Positions 18,342 to 27,956 are shown, counted from the first letter of the stretch. The stretch is 64,000 bases of DNA from an uncultured Hyphomonas sp. (GCA_963678195.1 OY782759.1:3353961-3417960), one strand, 5' to 3'. The notes: a model not told the origin generated them from the sequence alone. A program made the numbers and translations.

Positions 18342-19327
18342 GTCCCCGCCGGCTGGAACAAGCCGGTAATATTGAGCCCGGTGATCAGGCCATAGATGTA
18401 GGCCACATAGATCAACAGCAGCAGCAGGCCGAAGAGCCGGCCGATCCGCGCCTTGGCCAAGATGACATAAGCAAGGACCAGCGTGGCAAGGCCAAGGGCC
18501 CAATGGTCATATTGCTGGAAGGTCGGCGCCATGTGGACCGGTCCGAACAGGGAAATGATTCCGCCCGCGCCGAGAATGTTGAACACATTTGACCCGAGCA
18601 CATTGCCGATCAGCACTTCGCCCTGCTTCTTGACCACGGCAACCAGCCCCGCGCCGATCTCCGGCAGGGACGTACCGATCGCCAGCAGGGTGAGGCCGAT
18701 ATATTCTTCCGGCACGTTCAGGAACATGGCGATGCCGACGCCGCCCTCGATCACGAGGTCTGCGCCCAGCACCAGGCCCAGAATGCCGAGCGGGACATAA
18801 ACCAGCGCCAGCCAGAGCGGCAGGTGGGGGTCTTCCTCCTCGGTGACGCCCGGATCCTTGCCGACTGCCACAGCGCGGCGGGCCGCAATGAAGGTGAGGC
18901 CCGAATAGGCAATCAGGAGCGCAATGAAACAGAGGCCGACCATCGGCGTCAGCGGCATGAGCGCGGTGATGCCGATCCAGGCGACGGCGGCGACAATCAC
19001 AGCCGTCAGGCCGCGCTTCTCCCCCACCCCGCCCGCCGCAATGGGCGCGATCAGGGCTGGCAGGCCGAGCACCAGGAAGACGTTCGCGATATTGGAGCCG
19101 ACAATATTGCCGAGGGCGAGACCGGCACGGTCCGACAGAGCCGCATCGAGCGACACGATCATTTCAGGCGCGGAGGTGCCGAAGCCGACAATAAAAATGC
19201 CCGCGACGAGAGGAGATACTCCCATCCGGGCTGCCAGGGACACAGCGCCACCGACCAGCGCGTTTCCCGCCAGTGCCATGATCACGAGGCCCCCGACGAG
19301 GGCAGCGATCAGAGAGAGCTCCGGCAT
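18338..19327 (-). CDS. calcium/sodium antiporter (YrbG family)
   Basis: Two alpha repeats: GTSAPE...GNIVGSNIAN and GTSLPE...GNVLGSNVFN. Confidence 0.92.
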   Translation of the reverse strand: MPELSLIAALVGGLVIMALAGNALVGGAVSLAARMGVSPLVAGIFIVGFGTSAPEMIVSLDAALSDRAGLALGNIVGSNIANVFLVLGLPALIAPIAAGGVGEKRGLTAVIVAAVAWIGITALMPLTPMVGLCFIALLIAYSGLTFIAARRAVAVGKDPGVTEEEDPHLPLWLALVYVPLGILGLVLGADLVIEGGVGIAMFLNVPEEYIGLTLLAIGTSLPEIGAGLVAVVKKQGEVLIGNVLGSNVFNILGAGGIISLFGPVHMAPTFQQYDHWALGLATLVLAYVILAKARIGRLFGLLLLLIYVAYIYGLITGLNITGLFQPAGT

Positions 19328-19342
19328 TAACAAGCCTAGCGG

Positions 19343-19429
19343 TTAGTCCAGCCGCTTGAATTCAATCAGGTTGAGGACGCCGAAAACGACGACGATGGCG
19401 GCAATGGCAAGCAGGGACGGATGGATCAT
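19343..19429 (-). CDS. 28-aa small membrane protein MIHPSLLAIAAIVVVFGVLNLIEFKRLD
   Basis: Own translation: ATG 19429, TAA 19343-19345; GAGAAAG just upstream; GC-biased third positions; single TM helix. Confidence 0.7.
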   Translation of the reverse strand: MIHPSLLAIAAIVVVFGVLNLIEFKRLD

Positions 19430-19626
19430 GTCGCTTTCTCGCTTGTGAAATCTTTGTCACATGATTGTGTTTGTTGGCGTGTGCATAGCGCGGTGCGCCG
19501 CGCATGGCGAGCCCAATTCGACAGGGTTTTCACCCGATTTTTCACCGGAAACGCGGATTTTTCGCCTGAACGCGGGAAAATTTTTGCATTCACCTCATCT
19601 TGAGACGACACCATTAGGCACATTGC

Positions 19627-20097
19627 ATGGCCCGTATCCGCACCCGTATCTTCCAGTCCTGGTTCCGCCTGTCCCGGCCGATGACACTCGGCGTGCGGGC
19701 CGTCGTGGAAAACGAGGCCGGGAAAGTCTTCATGATCCGCCACACCTATACGCCGGGCTGGTACCTGCCGGGCGGCGGGGTTGAGAAGGCCGAAACCTGC
19801 CTGAAATCGCTGGAACGCGAACTCCTCGAAGAAGGCGGTTTCTCGCTGACGTCTACGCCGGACCTGGTCGGCATCTATTCCAACCATTTCGTGTTTCCGA
19901 ATGACCATGTCGTGCTTTACCGGGCCCGGCCGGGCACCTGGACGCAGGGGGACGCGACCTCATACGGGGAAATCGCCGAAGCCGTCTGGGCCGATCCACT
20001 GTCCCCGCCGGAGGGCACAACAGGCGGCACGCGCACGAAGCTTCAGGAAGTGTTTGGCGGCGCCCCGCCCTCGCCCTATTGGGCCCCGCCCCGCTAG
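19627..20097 (+). CDS. NUDIX hydrolase
   Basis: Nudix box LPGGGVEKAETCLKSLERELLEEGG. Confidence 0.92.
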   Translation: MARIRTRIFQSWFRLSRPMTLGVRAVVENEAGKVFMIRHTYTPGWYLPGGGVEKAETCLKSLERELLEEGGFSLTSTPDLVGIYSNHFVFPNDHVVLYRARPGTWTQGDATSYGEIAEAVWADPLSPPEGTTGGTRTKLQEVFGGAPPSPYWAPPR

Positions 20098-20103
20098 GCC
20101 GGA

Positions 20104-20865
20104 TCAGCTGGCCGGGACGATCTGGTAATCCCCGTCGGACACCCGCACGACCGGCACATGACCTGTCTCTTCAAACGCCTCCCAGGCCGGGGCCAGCGAC
20201 CGCCAGAAAGCAGCGTTCGGGTCTCCCGCATGCCGCTGCAGATTCGCAGCCGTCATCGGGAAGGGAAAAATGTGCACCGGCACCGAGCGCTGGCCTTCTT
20301 CCATCGATGCCTGAATCAGCGTCCAGATTTCCTCGATGGCTTCATCGGTCATGGCGTAGCAACCGATGGACACGCAGTCGCCATGCACCATGAGGTAAGA
20401 ACCCGTGCGGCCCTGCGCCCGGTCATAGGCGTTCGGAAAACCGAGATTGAAGGCGAGATGATAGTCCGAGGCGGCATTCATCTGGCCCGGCGCGACCGTG
20501 TAGAAGCCTTCGGGGGCCTGCATGTCCCCTTCCGCCAGTTTCGGGCCCAGTTTGCCTGAATAGGCACAGACCGGCCAGGAACGGAACGGCTCGTACACCC
20601 CTTCCGCATCGGCGACATAGGCCGTCAGCACAGCAGGTTCCTTGGTAAGCCGGAGGTAAACGGGCGCCCCGAGGCGCAGGCCCTCTTCTGCCAGCGCGTC
20701 GCTGAGGTCTGCTGTGTGCGCCTCAACCACCGCCCGCGAGCGCGGTGTTTCGCGGACATCGTCCACCCCTGCCACGGCCAGAACCGCCGGCAGGCAGAGG
20801 AAGGCCATCGCCGCGCCGAACACGGCAACAAGCTTCCAGGCAGCGATGGGACGTTTACGTTTCAT
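20104..20865 (-). CDS. L,D-transpeptidase family protein (YafK/DpaA-like)
   Basis: GPKLAEGDMQAPEGFY, YHLAFNLGFPNAYD, LMVHGDCVSIGCYAM; N-terminal anchor. Confidence 0.9.
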   Translation of the reverse strand: MKRKRPIAAWKLVAVFGAAMAFLCLPAVLAVAGVDDVRETPRSRAVVEAHTADLSDALAEEGLRLGAPVYLRLTKEPAVLTAYVADAEGVYEPFRSWPVCAYSGKLGPKLAEGDMQAPEGFYTVAPGQMNAASDYHLAFNLGFPNAYDRAQGRTGSYLMVHGDCVSIGCYAMTDEAIEEIWTLIQASMEEGQRSVPVHIFPFPMTAANLQRHAGDPNAAFWRSLAPAWEAFEETGHVPVVRVSDGDYQIVPAS

Positions 20866-20954
20866 AAACCCAGTGGTCTGCCCCGAATGCGGCAGCACAG
20901 GGGCCAGTCCTGTGGCGGTTCCGTGGAAATGGCGCCCCAATCCTGCCTTGAGTG

Positions 20955-20969
20955 TTAAACCTCTTTTAA
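20955..20969. promoter_or_regulatory. CtrA binding site TTAA-N7-TTAA
   Basis: TTAA ACCTCTT TTAA is an exact consensus match in intergenic DNA, 90 bp upstream of the L,D-transpeptidase gene. Confidence 0.7.
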
Positions 20970-21080
20970 GTGGCCGGTGAGACGTTTTTCAGGTGACGGG
21001 GGAGTGAACCAGTTCTCGTCATTCGAAAGACCATCAGCGCTGCAGGTTCCCCTTGTTCTGCGCGCCGGTGATGGAAATGG

Positions 21081-21117
21081 AACGCCGGCTCTTTATTCCC
21101 CTTGGAGCCGGCGTTTT
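21081..21117 (+). terminator. intrinsic terminator-like hairpin
   Basis: Perfect 11-bp stem AACGCCGGCTC/GAGCCGGCGTT followed by a short T run on +; could also serve pgsA on the minus strand. Confidence 0.6.
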
Positions 21118-21122
21118 AGCAT

Positions 21123-21791
21123 TCAGCTTTTGGCGCTGCGGCCTGCTGCCACCATGTAGCGCCACCCCGTCAGCAGCGACAGGCTCGCCGCAATCCAGAG
21201 CAGGCCAACCAGCGCAACCGCCGTCAGCTCAGCCAGAGCGCCCGTCGTGGCCCCCTGCGTCACCGCACTCTGCGGGATGGCCGCCAGCGGCAGCATCAGG
21301 CCGATAATGGCGGCCATTTCAAACGCGGTTTTCCATTTGGCGAGGTTGGACGGGTCCACAACGGCCTTGCCGGCCGGCGTCGTGCGCAGCCAGGTCATGA
21401 AGGCATCGCGTGCGATGATCGCCGCGGCCGGAATGTAGATCAGCCAGGTGTGGAAAATCAGGGCGAGGCCCAGCAAGGCAAAGCCGACCAGAAACTTGTC
21501 CGCAATCGGGTCCAGCCACACGCCAAATCGCGACTGCGCGTTCAGCTTGCGGGCGAGCCAGCCATCCAGGAAATCCGTCAGCGCGCCGGAAAGGAAGGCC
21601 AGCAAGGCGAACTGATACCAGAGCTGCTGGACCGCGATCCGCGTCTCCTGCTCCGCCGCGGAGATATTCTGCGTTGCACCGAGATCGATCAGGTCCTGCA
21701 CTTTCAGGGCCTGCACGATGCCGCCGAGGCAGAGCAGAGCGAACACGCAGCGCGCGATCGTCAGTGCATTGGGGAGCCATTTGAATGTCAT
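21123..21791 (-). CDS. pgsA: CDP-diacylglycerol--glycerol-3-phosphate 3-phosphatidyltransferase
   Basis: LPNALTIAR, TDFLDGWLARK...FGVWLDPIADK, KWKTAFEM. Confidence 0.9.
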   Translation of the reverse strand: MTFKWLPNALTIARCVFALLCLGGIVQALKVQDLIDLGATQNISAAEQETRIAVQQLWYQFALLAFLSGALTDFLDGWLARKLNAQSRFGVWLDPIADKFLVGFALLGLALIFHTWLIYIPAAAIIARDAFMTWLRTTPAGKAVVDPSNLAKWKTAFEMAAIIGLMLPLAAIPQSAVTQGATTGALAELTAVALVGLLWIAASLSLLTGWRYMVAAGRSAKS

Positions 21792-21888
21792 GCGGCCCCA
21801 TGTGCCAGCGGGCGGGCGCCGAAGCAATGCGGAATGCAGGAGACGCCCGGCCTCCGCTCCCTCTCAGGGTGGAAGGCCGGGCGTCTTT

Positions 21889-22821
21889 CTAGTTGGCGGC
21901 GCCGGTGACCTTGTCGATCGGCACGGTGTAGTGGCGGCCGCAGAACTGGCAGTCGATCGACAGCGTGCCATCGTCTTCCACGAGGTCGTGCAGGCCATCG
22001 TCCGACATGTTCTGCAGCGTTGCGATGAGGCGTTCCTCATTGCAGGTGCAGCGGTCGTCCAGCGTGACCGGCATTTCCATCCGCACACCCTGTTCGTGGA
22101 ACAGGCGGTAAAGCAGCTGATCCATCGGCAGGTCCGGATCAGCGAGTTCCTGGTCGGTGATCGTCGCGAACAGGGCCTGCGCCTCGTTCCACGCTTCCTC
22201 GGTATCGCCGCGTGTCTCGTCATCCGCGATGCGCTGGACCATCATGCCCCCGGAGACCCAGAGACCAGGCTCGCCCTTGCGCTCGAACTCGGCAAGCGAC
22301 AAGCGGATGCGCGTCGGCACCTGTTCGGACTGAGCGAAATAGTCCTCCGCGCATTCCGCCAGCGTGCCTTTCTCCAGCGGGACGATGCCCTGGTAAGGCT
22401 GGATCGCCGGATTGTCCTGGATGATGATCAGGCCGAGCCGTCCGGCAGCGCCGAACAGCTGCGGCATGTGTGGAGCCGCGCCCTTGTTCAGCTTGTCCAG
22501 ATGCGCCCACGCCTCGGCATCGAAGCGGGCATAGCCGCGCACGCCGCCATCGGAGCGGTATTCGCCGACCAGCATCTTCACCGGGCCATCGCCTTCGGCC
22601 TGCACCAGCAGGCGGCCTTCGAACTTCAATGACGAGCCGACCAGCGCCGCCAGCGTGACGGCTTCGCCCAGAATGCGGGCGAGGTTCACGGGATAATCGT
22701 GGCGCTGCAGGATCGGCGAGATGCTGCCCGCGCCCATGCGGACAGCGCGGCCGCGCACGGGCCGCTGCTCGATCTGAAAATTGGCAACGAAATCGCTGAG
22801 GGGGGTGGATGTGTCAGCCAT
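21889..22821 (-). CDS. hslO: Hsp33 redox-regulated chaperone
   Basis: QAEGDGPV, YFAQSEQVPT, Zn-binding CTC...CQFC. Confidence 0.95.
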   Translation of the reverse strand: MADTSTPLSDFVANFQIEQRPVRGRAVRMGAGSISPILQRHDYPVNLARILGEAVTLAALVGSSLKFEGRLLVQAEGDGPVKMLVGEYRSDGGVRGYARFDAEAWAHLDKLNKGAAPHMPQLFGAAGRLGLIIIQDNPAIQPYQGIVPLEKGTLAECAEDYFAQSEQVPTRIRLSLAEFERKGEPGLWVSGGMMVQRIADDETRGDTEEAWNEAQALFATITDQELADPDLPMDQLLYRLFHEQGVRMEMPVTLDDRCTCNEERLIATLQNMSDDGLHDLVEDDGTLSIDCQFCGRHYTVPIDKVTGAAN

Positions 22822-22944
22822 GACGGGCTCCTTGTGACGCCCCCATGTGGCAGCGCCCCGCCCGCGTATCAAGGTCCTGCTATGTGATCGCCAGGCCTCA
22901 GCTTTCTATTGACTTGCACGCGCTGTCTTCGTCTATTTCCTCCA

Positions 22945-23319
22945 ATGAGGGCTGGGCTGAAATCCTCTGAGTTGAAGATCGCGCACCTGGACCTGGACGT
23001 GCCGGAGGAATTGCGGCCGTCCACCCTGCGCCGGCTGGGCCTGCGCCCGGAACTCGATGAACGGATCGATGCCTTGCCCGCCCTGAAAGGCTGGGGACTG
23101 CGTCAGGCCGCAATTAGCCTGCTGCGCCTCTATCGACGGCTACGACCGGAAGCGATCGGAAACCGATGCGGTTTTGAGCCGAGTTGTTCGCGCTACAGCG
23201 AACTGGCCTTCAGGACCAAACCGCCTATCACGGCATTACGCCTCACCCTGGCACGCCTGCACCGGTGCAAGCCCGGACATGGGGGAACTGACATGAAAAA
23301 CTTGGAGCTACCAGAATGA
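22945..23319 (+). CDS. YidD-like (membrane insertion efficiency factor/hemolytic domain) protein with N-terminal extension
   Basis: LRLYRR...RCGFEPSCSRY...RLHRCKP..GGTD three-Cys motif. Confidence 0.75.
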   Translation: MRAGLKSSELKIAHLDLDVPEELRPSTLRRLGLRPELDERIDALPALKGWGLRQAAISLLRLYRRLRPEAIGNRCGFEPSCSRYSELAFRTKPPITALRLTLARLHRCKPGHGGTDMKNLELPE

Positions 23320-23522
23320 AATACCGGATCCAGCCCATTGGGAAAGTGTTCTCCGACAAGGCTGTGAAGACGCTGGAAGACCGGCTGAATACAGCGCACG
23401 AAAAGGGCTACCGCTTTCACAGCGTCATGGAAGTTCAGCAGCCGGGCTGCCTCGGTCTCGGTGCGCCGACGATCACCTATCTCGCCGTATTCGAGCAAGT
23501 CGAACCGGGCTTCGGAGAGTAG
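23316..23522 (+). CDS. small DUF4177-like protein
   Basis: MKYR...LEDRLNTAHEKGYRF...YLAVFE; ATGA overlap with the upstream ORF. Confidence 0.65.
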   Translation: MKYRIQPIGKVFSDKAVKTLEDRLNTAHEKGYRFHSVMEVQQPGCLGLGAPTITYLAVFEQVEPGFGE

Positions 23523-23535
23523 GTCTCAGGCGCGA

Positions 23536-24486
23536 TCAGGCCGAGCAGCTGCCTCCGCCCAGCACGCAGAAACTGGCGCACCAGGGATGGTTGAGCTTCA
23601 CCGGCTCCGCCGTCGCCTGCTTCAGCGTGTGGCCCAGTTCAAAAGCCGGGTCGTCCACCAGCAGGGTGCAGGCCGTGACGCTGGCGCGGGCAGCGCCCTT
23701 TCGCCGGATGACCATGCGCTGGTCTGAGCACATGATGCTCTCAGGTGACTTGTTCAGGATCCCCCAGCAATCGGTGGTGATCTCGGGTGGATCGTCCTGG
23801 GCGATCATTTCCGGGAACAGGACCAGCTGTTTCGGGTCCGCCGGGTCCAGCTTCAGGCCGAGCGAACTGGCGAGTGCGCCATAGGCGGCGCGGGCGGCGG
23901 CCTCGTCCTCATGCAGGGACTGACGTCCGGCGATCGCCACGGGAAAACCTTCCTCCGCCAGCCAGCGAAGGCCCTTGCAGGCTTCCTCGAATGCCCCTGC
24001 CCCGCGTTCGGCGTCGTGCAGGCCCGGGTCGTGACTATCGAGCGAGACGCGCAGGGTGAGCTTCTCCGCAAGGCCATTCCGGCGAAGGCGCAGGAGGCCT
24101 TCCTGGATGCGCGGCCGCATCATCGGACGCATGGCATTGGTGAGGAAGAGCAGGCTATGCCCGCGGAACAGGATCGCTTCCATGATGGGCAGGATGTCCG
24201 GGCACATGAAAGGCTCGCCGCCGGTAATGCCGATCTCCACCTCGCCGGCGCTCAGACGCTCGATCTCATCCAGATAGGGCATGACATCGGCGAGGCTGAG
24301 ATAGACCAGCCGGTCATTTTTCGGCGAGGAGAGAATGTAGCAATTACGGCACTCGATATTGCAGAGCGTGCCAGTGTTGAACCAGAGCGTTTTCAGCCCG
24401 GTCCAGGCGACGCTGGCGCGCGTCTCGCCCTTGGCCGTGATGTCGGGGTGAGAGAATGTCTCGGTCGGATAGTCTGTGTCTGCCAT
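23536..24486 (-). CDS. radical SAM protein
   Basis: CNIECRNC (CxxxCxxC), ITGGEPF, FLTNA; C-terminal CASFC...SCS. Confidence 0.92.
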   Translation of the reverse strand: MADTDYPTETFSHPDITAKGETRASVAWTGLKTLWFNTGTLCNIECRNCYILSSPKNDRLVYLSLADVMPYLDEIERLSAGEVEIGITGGEPFMCPDILPIMEAILFRGHSLLFLTNAMRPMMRPRIQEGLLRLRRNGLAEKLTLRVSLDSHDPGLHDAERGAGAFEEACKGLRWLAEEGFPVAIAGRQSLHEDEAAARAAYGALASSLGLKLDPADPKQLVLFPEMIAQDDPPEITTDCWGILNKSPESIMCSDQRMVIRRKGAARASVTACTLLVDDPAFELGHTLKQATAEPVKLNHPWCASFCVLGGGSCSA

Positions 24487-24660
24487 ACGCGCACCCTATC
24501 CATGCAGGGCGCGCATGCCAGCCGGAAAATACCGTTCTGACAAAGGTTTGATTATTGCGTGTGTATCGCTCAATGAGCGGGTGGCTGCGCCTTCGCGATT
24601 GTCTTTTATGCAGGAAATATGATCCTTCCATAATCTGAATGGCTGAGGGCAATCCGGGCA

Positions 24661-25968
24661 ATGGTGCAGGACAAGAAGAAAGCCGTCTTTCGCTTGCTCA
24701 CATCGACGAGCGAAGCGCCCGGCAATCTCGATATTTCCGACACCGCCCGCGAACACGAGCCGGACAATTTCTTCCGGCACGTCACCAGCCTGTCGGCCAG
24801 CAAGGTTGCCGACGGCCTGATTGATCCGAAACTCGTGCTGAGCTGGCTGCTGACCACGCTGGGCGCCCCGGCCGGCCTGCTGGGCCTGCTCGTCCCGATC
24901 CGGGAAGCCGGCGCCCTCTTCCCGCAAATGTTTACCGCCGGCGCGCTCGGTCAGCTGAAACACCGCAAATGGGCCTGGGCCGGCGGCGCGCTGGTGGAAG
25001 GCCTGGCCGCCATCGCGATGGGACTGGCCGCGCTGATGCTGACCGGCGCCGCGGCGGGCTGGGCGATTCTGGCCGCTTTGGCCGCCCTGGCGCTCGCCCG
25101 GTCGGTCTGTTCGGTCACCTACAAGGACGTGCTCGGCAAGACGATTGCGAAATCCCGGCGCGGTACGGCGACGGGTGCGGCCGGCACGGTCGGCGCAGGT
25201 GCCGTGCTGACCTATGGCGTGCTGCTGGCCTTTGCGGGCGAAAGCCGGCTCACACTGGTGACCGGCGGGCTTGTGCTGGCAGGCCTGCTCTGGATCGCCG
25301 CCGCTGTGGTGTTTGCCAGCCTTGCCGAAGAGGCGAGCAAACCAGAAACCGGTTCCAACCCCGTCCAGCGCCTGAAGGAGGATTTCAGCCTGCTGGCACG
25401 CGATCCTCAGCTGCGCCGGTTCATCCTTGTCCGCGCCCTGCTGACCTCCACCGCCCTCGCCCCGCCTTTCATGGTGGCGCTCGGCACGGAGGCGGACGCT
25501 GCGCGAAACATGTTTGGCGGGCTCGGCCTTCTGGTCGTCGCCTCGGCGGGCGCCGGCCTGCTCAGTTCCTATGTCTGGGGACGGCTTGCCGACCGGTCGA
25601 GCCGCAAGGTGCTGATCCTGACAGGCCTCGCCGGGGCGGTCGCCCTGTTCGGGACGCTGGGTCTGAACGCGGCGGGCCTCCTCACGGCGACCATAGGCCT
25701 GCCCGCCATGATCTTTATCCTGATGATTGCCTATCAGGGCGTCCGGCTTGGACGCTCCACCCATCTGGTCGACATGGCGACGGCGGAGACGCGCGCGGCC
25801 TACACCGCGCTATCGAACACAATCATCGGCACCGTGCTCATCCTCGGCGGCGGCTTCAGCCTTGTGGCAAGCTTCGCCGGGCTGACTGCCGTCATTGCCA
25901 TCCTCGGCGTCATGAGCGCAGTGGCCGCCCTGTTCGCATTGGGCCTGAAGGAAGTTCAGTCCGGCTGA
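24661..25968 (+). CDS. MFS transporter
   Basis: About 12 TM helices; WGRLADRSSRK motif A. Confidence 0.88.
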   Translation: MVQDKKKAVFRLLTSTSEAPGNLDISDTAREHEPDNFFRHVTSLSASKVADGLIDPKLVLSWLLTTLGAPAGLLGLLVPIREAGALFPQMFTAGALGQLKHRKWAWAGGALVEGLAAIAMGLAALMLTGAAAGWAILAALAALALARSVCSVTYKDVLGKTIAKSRRGTATGAAGTVGAGAVLTYGVLLAFAGESRLTLVTGGLVLAGLLWIAAAVVFASLAEEASKPETGSNPVQRLKEDFSLLARDPQLRRFILVRALLTSTALAPPFMVALGTEADAARNMFGGLGLLVVASAGAGLLSSYVWGRLADRSSRKVLILTGLAGAVALFGTLGLNAAGLLTATIGLPAMIFILMIAYQGVRLGRSTHLVDMATAETRAAYTALSNTIIGTVLILGGGFSLVASFAGLTAVIAILGVMSAVAALFALGLKEVQSG

Positions 25969-25971
25969 GAC

Positions 25972-26898
25972 TTATTTTTCGAGGCACCAGCGCAGCACGG
26001 CCTTCTGGGCATGCAGGCGGTTTTCGGCTTCGTCGAAGACAAGGCTTTGCGGACCGTCGATGACTTCGGCGTCTACTTCCTCGCCCCGGTGGGCCGGCAG
26101 GCAATGCAGGAAATGGGCGCCCTTGTTTGCCAGCTGCATCAGGTCTTCGGTGACGGCATAGGGTTCCAGGATTTCAAGGCGGCGCTCGGCATCCTTGTCG
26201 CCCATGGACACGAACGTGTCGGCGATGACGACGTCTGCGCCTGCAACGGCTTCTTCCGCTGTCTCGAAGAGATCGATCTTGCCCTGAAGTTCGCGTGCGA
26301 TGTCGAGGTCCTCATCATCCGGTGCAAACCGCGCAGGCGTGCCGACCGCCAGCGAGAAGCCGAACTTGGCCGCCGCATGGATGAAACTCGCGCAGACATT
26401 GTTGCCGTCGCCGACCCAGGCGATGCGGGCCCCGCGCAGCTCCAGCCCGGTCTCTTCCAGCGTCTGCAGGTCCGCCATGATCTGGCAAGGGTGAGAGCGG
26501 TCGGTCAGACCGTTGATGACAGGCACGGAGGAGAACTCGGCGAACGCCTCAACATCGGAATGGTCATTGGCGCGGATCATCACCGCATCGATATAGCGCG
26601 ACAGGACACGGGCCGTGTCCTCGATCGTCTCGCCCCGGCCGAGCTGCATGTCGCTGGACGTCGCCGTGATCGACGAGCCGCCCAGCTGGCGCATGGCCAT
26701 GTCGAAGGAGAAGCGCGTGCGGGTCGAGGATTTCTCGAAGATCATCGCCAGCGTGTGGCCTTCCAGCGGGGCGCCGTCATCGACACGGCCCTTCGGCCAG
26801 CCGGCGCGCGCTTTCTTCATGGCGTGGGCCATGTCGAGAATTTCGCGCAGCTCGACATGATCGAGATGCCAGAGATCGATGAAGTGACGGCCTGCCAT
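25972..26898 (-). CDS. argF: ornithine carbamoyltransferase
   Basis: [33 protein letters not shown]. Confidence 0.97.
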   Translation of the reverse strand: MAGRHFIDLWHLDHVELREILDMAHAMKKARAGWPKGRVDDGAPLEGHTLAMIFEKSSTRTRFSFDMAMRQLGGSSITATSSDMQLGRGETIEDTARVLSRYIDAVMIRANDHSDVEAFAEFSSVPVINGLTDRSHPCQIMADLQTLEETGLELRGARIAWVGDGNNVCASFIHAAAKFGFSLAVGTPARFAPDDEDLDIARELQGKIDLFETAEEAVAGADVVIADTFVSMGDKDAERRLEILEPYAVTEDLMQLANKGAHFLHCLPAHRGEEVDAEVIDGPQSLVFDEAENRLHAQKAVLRWCLEK

Positions 26899-27014
26899 GG
26901 CGTCCCCCTGTTTAAAATGAAGGGCGCGCCTTAGCCTAAATCTGCCCATACGGCTAGATGCGATCCGGATTGGCCTGGCCGCCGTATAGACAACAGGATA
27001 CCGGAGGGCACGCG

Positions 27015-27479
27015 ATGATCCGTTCCATATTGGCTTGTGCCACCCTGCTTCTATGCGCCGCTTGTGCCTCTGCGCCCAAACCTGCCGGCAGCTGGGTCAG
27101 TTTTGCCACGCTTGAGCCGGGCCTGCCGACCAATCGTTACCTGGCTTGCAACCCGTCCATCTGCGAGGCGGCCGGAAATACCGGAAATGCGCTGGATTTT
27201 GCCTATCCGGCCACGGACGTGGCAGCGGCGCTTCTCCGGCTTCAGCCGGGTGCCGAACAACGGGAATTGCCGAATGGCGACATCCAGCTGCGTTATGTCG
27301 CTGTAACCCCCATTGCCCGGTTCCGGGACGATGTGGACGTTCTCATCCGGCCGACCGGTGCGAACGCATCTCAGGTGGCGGTCTATTCCCGCTCCCGCAT
27401 CGGCTTGTCAGACCTCGGCAAGAACAAGTCGCGCGTCGAGGCGCTTGCGAAACAGCTGGATACCGAACTGGCGGGCTGA
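27015..27479 (+). CDS. DUF1499 domain lipoprotein
   Basis: LCAAC lipobox; RFRDDV...[18 protein letters not shown]. Confidence 0.85.
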   Translation: MIRSILACATLLLCAACASAPKPAGSWVSFATLEPGLPTNRYLACNPSICEAAGNTGNALDFAYPATDVAAALLRLQPGAEQRELPNGDIQLRYVAVTPIARFRDDVDVLIRPTGANASQVAVYSRSRIGLSDLGKNKSRVEALAKQLDTELAG

Positions 27480-27490
27480 TGCCCGCCGCG

Positions 27491-27745
27491 TCAGGCGCGC
27501 TTCAGCACACGCACTATCAGGAGCAGGACCACTGCGCCAATCGTGGCGTGCACGATCGCCCCAACGATGCCTGCGCCGAGACTGATGCCGAACGCCGGAA
27601 ACAGGAAGCCGGCCACGAAGGCACCGATGATGCCGACAGCGATATTGCCAATGATGCCAAAGCCGCCGCCGCGCACGATCAGCCCGGCCAGCCAGCCGGC
27701 AACGCCGCCAACCAGCAGAAAAATAATAATCCCTTCAAGGGTCAT
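27491..27745 (-). CDS. GlsB/YeaQ/YmgE family stress-response membrane protein
   Basis: GGVAGWLAGLIVRGGGFGIIGNIAVGIIGA; ATIGAVVLL. Confidence 0.92.
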   Translation of the reverse strand: MTLEGIIIFLLVGGVAGWLAGLIVRGGGFGIIGNIAVGIIGAFVAGFLFPAFGISLGAGIVGAIVHATIGAVVLLLIVRVLKRA

Positions 27746-27801
27746 CTGGTGTCTCCTCATGTATCGCCGGCACCGGGAACGGGCCGGACTGTTAAGCATA
27801 T

Positions 27802-27826
27802 AACCCGCAGAAGCGTCATTCGTTCC
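27802..27826 (-). promoter_or_regulatory. general-stress ECF sigma (EcfG/SigT-type) promoter candidate
   Basis: Minus strand GGAAC-N16-GGTT (consensus GGAAC-N16/17-CGTT) upstream of the GlsB-family gene. Confidence 0.5.
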
Positions 27827-27956
27827 CATCCGCAAGCCAGAACGTGGCCAGAGCGAAACGGGTACGACCTGCGACATTTTTGAGAATGACTTGCAATTAG
27901 CGCCGGCACGTGTACTTTATCCTTGTGAATGCCTCTCAATTGCAAGGAAACGTGTG

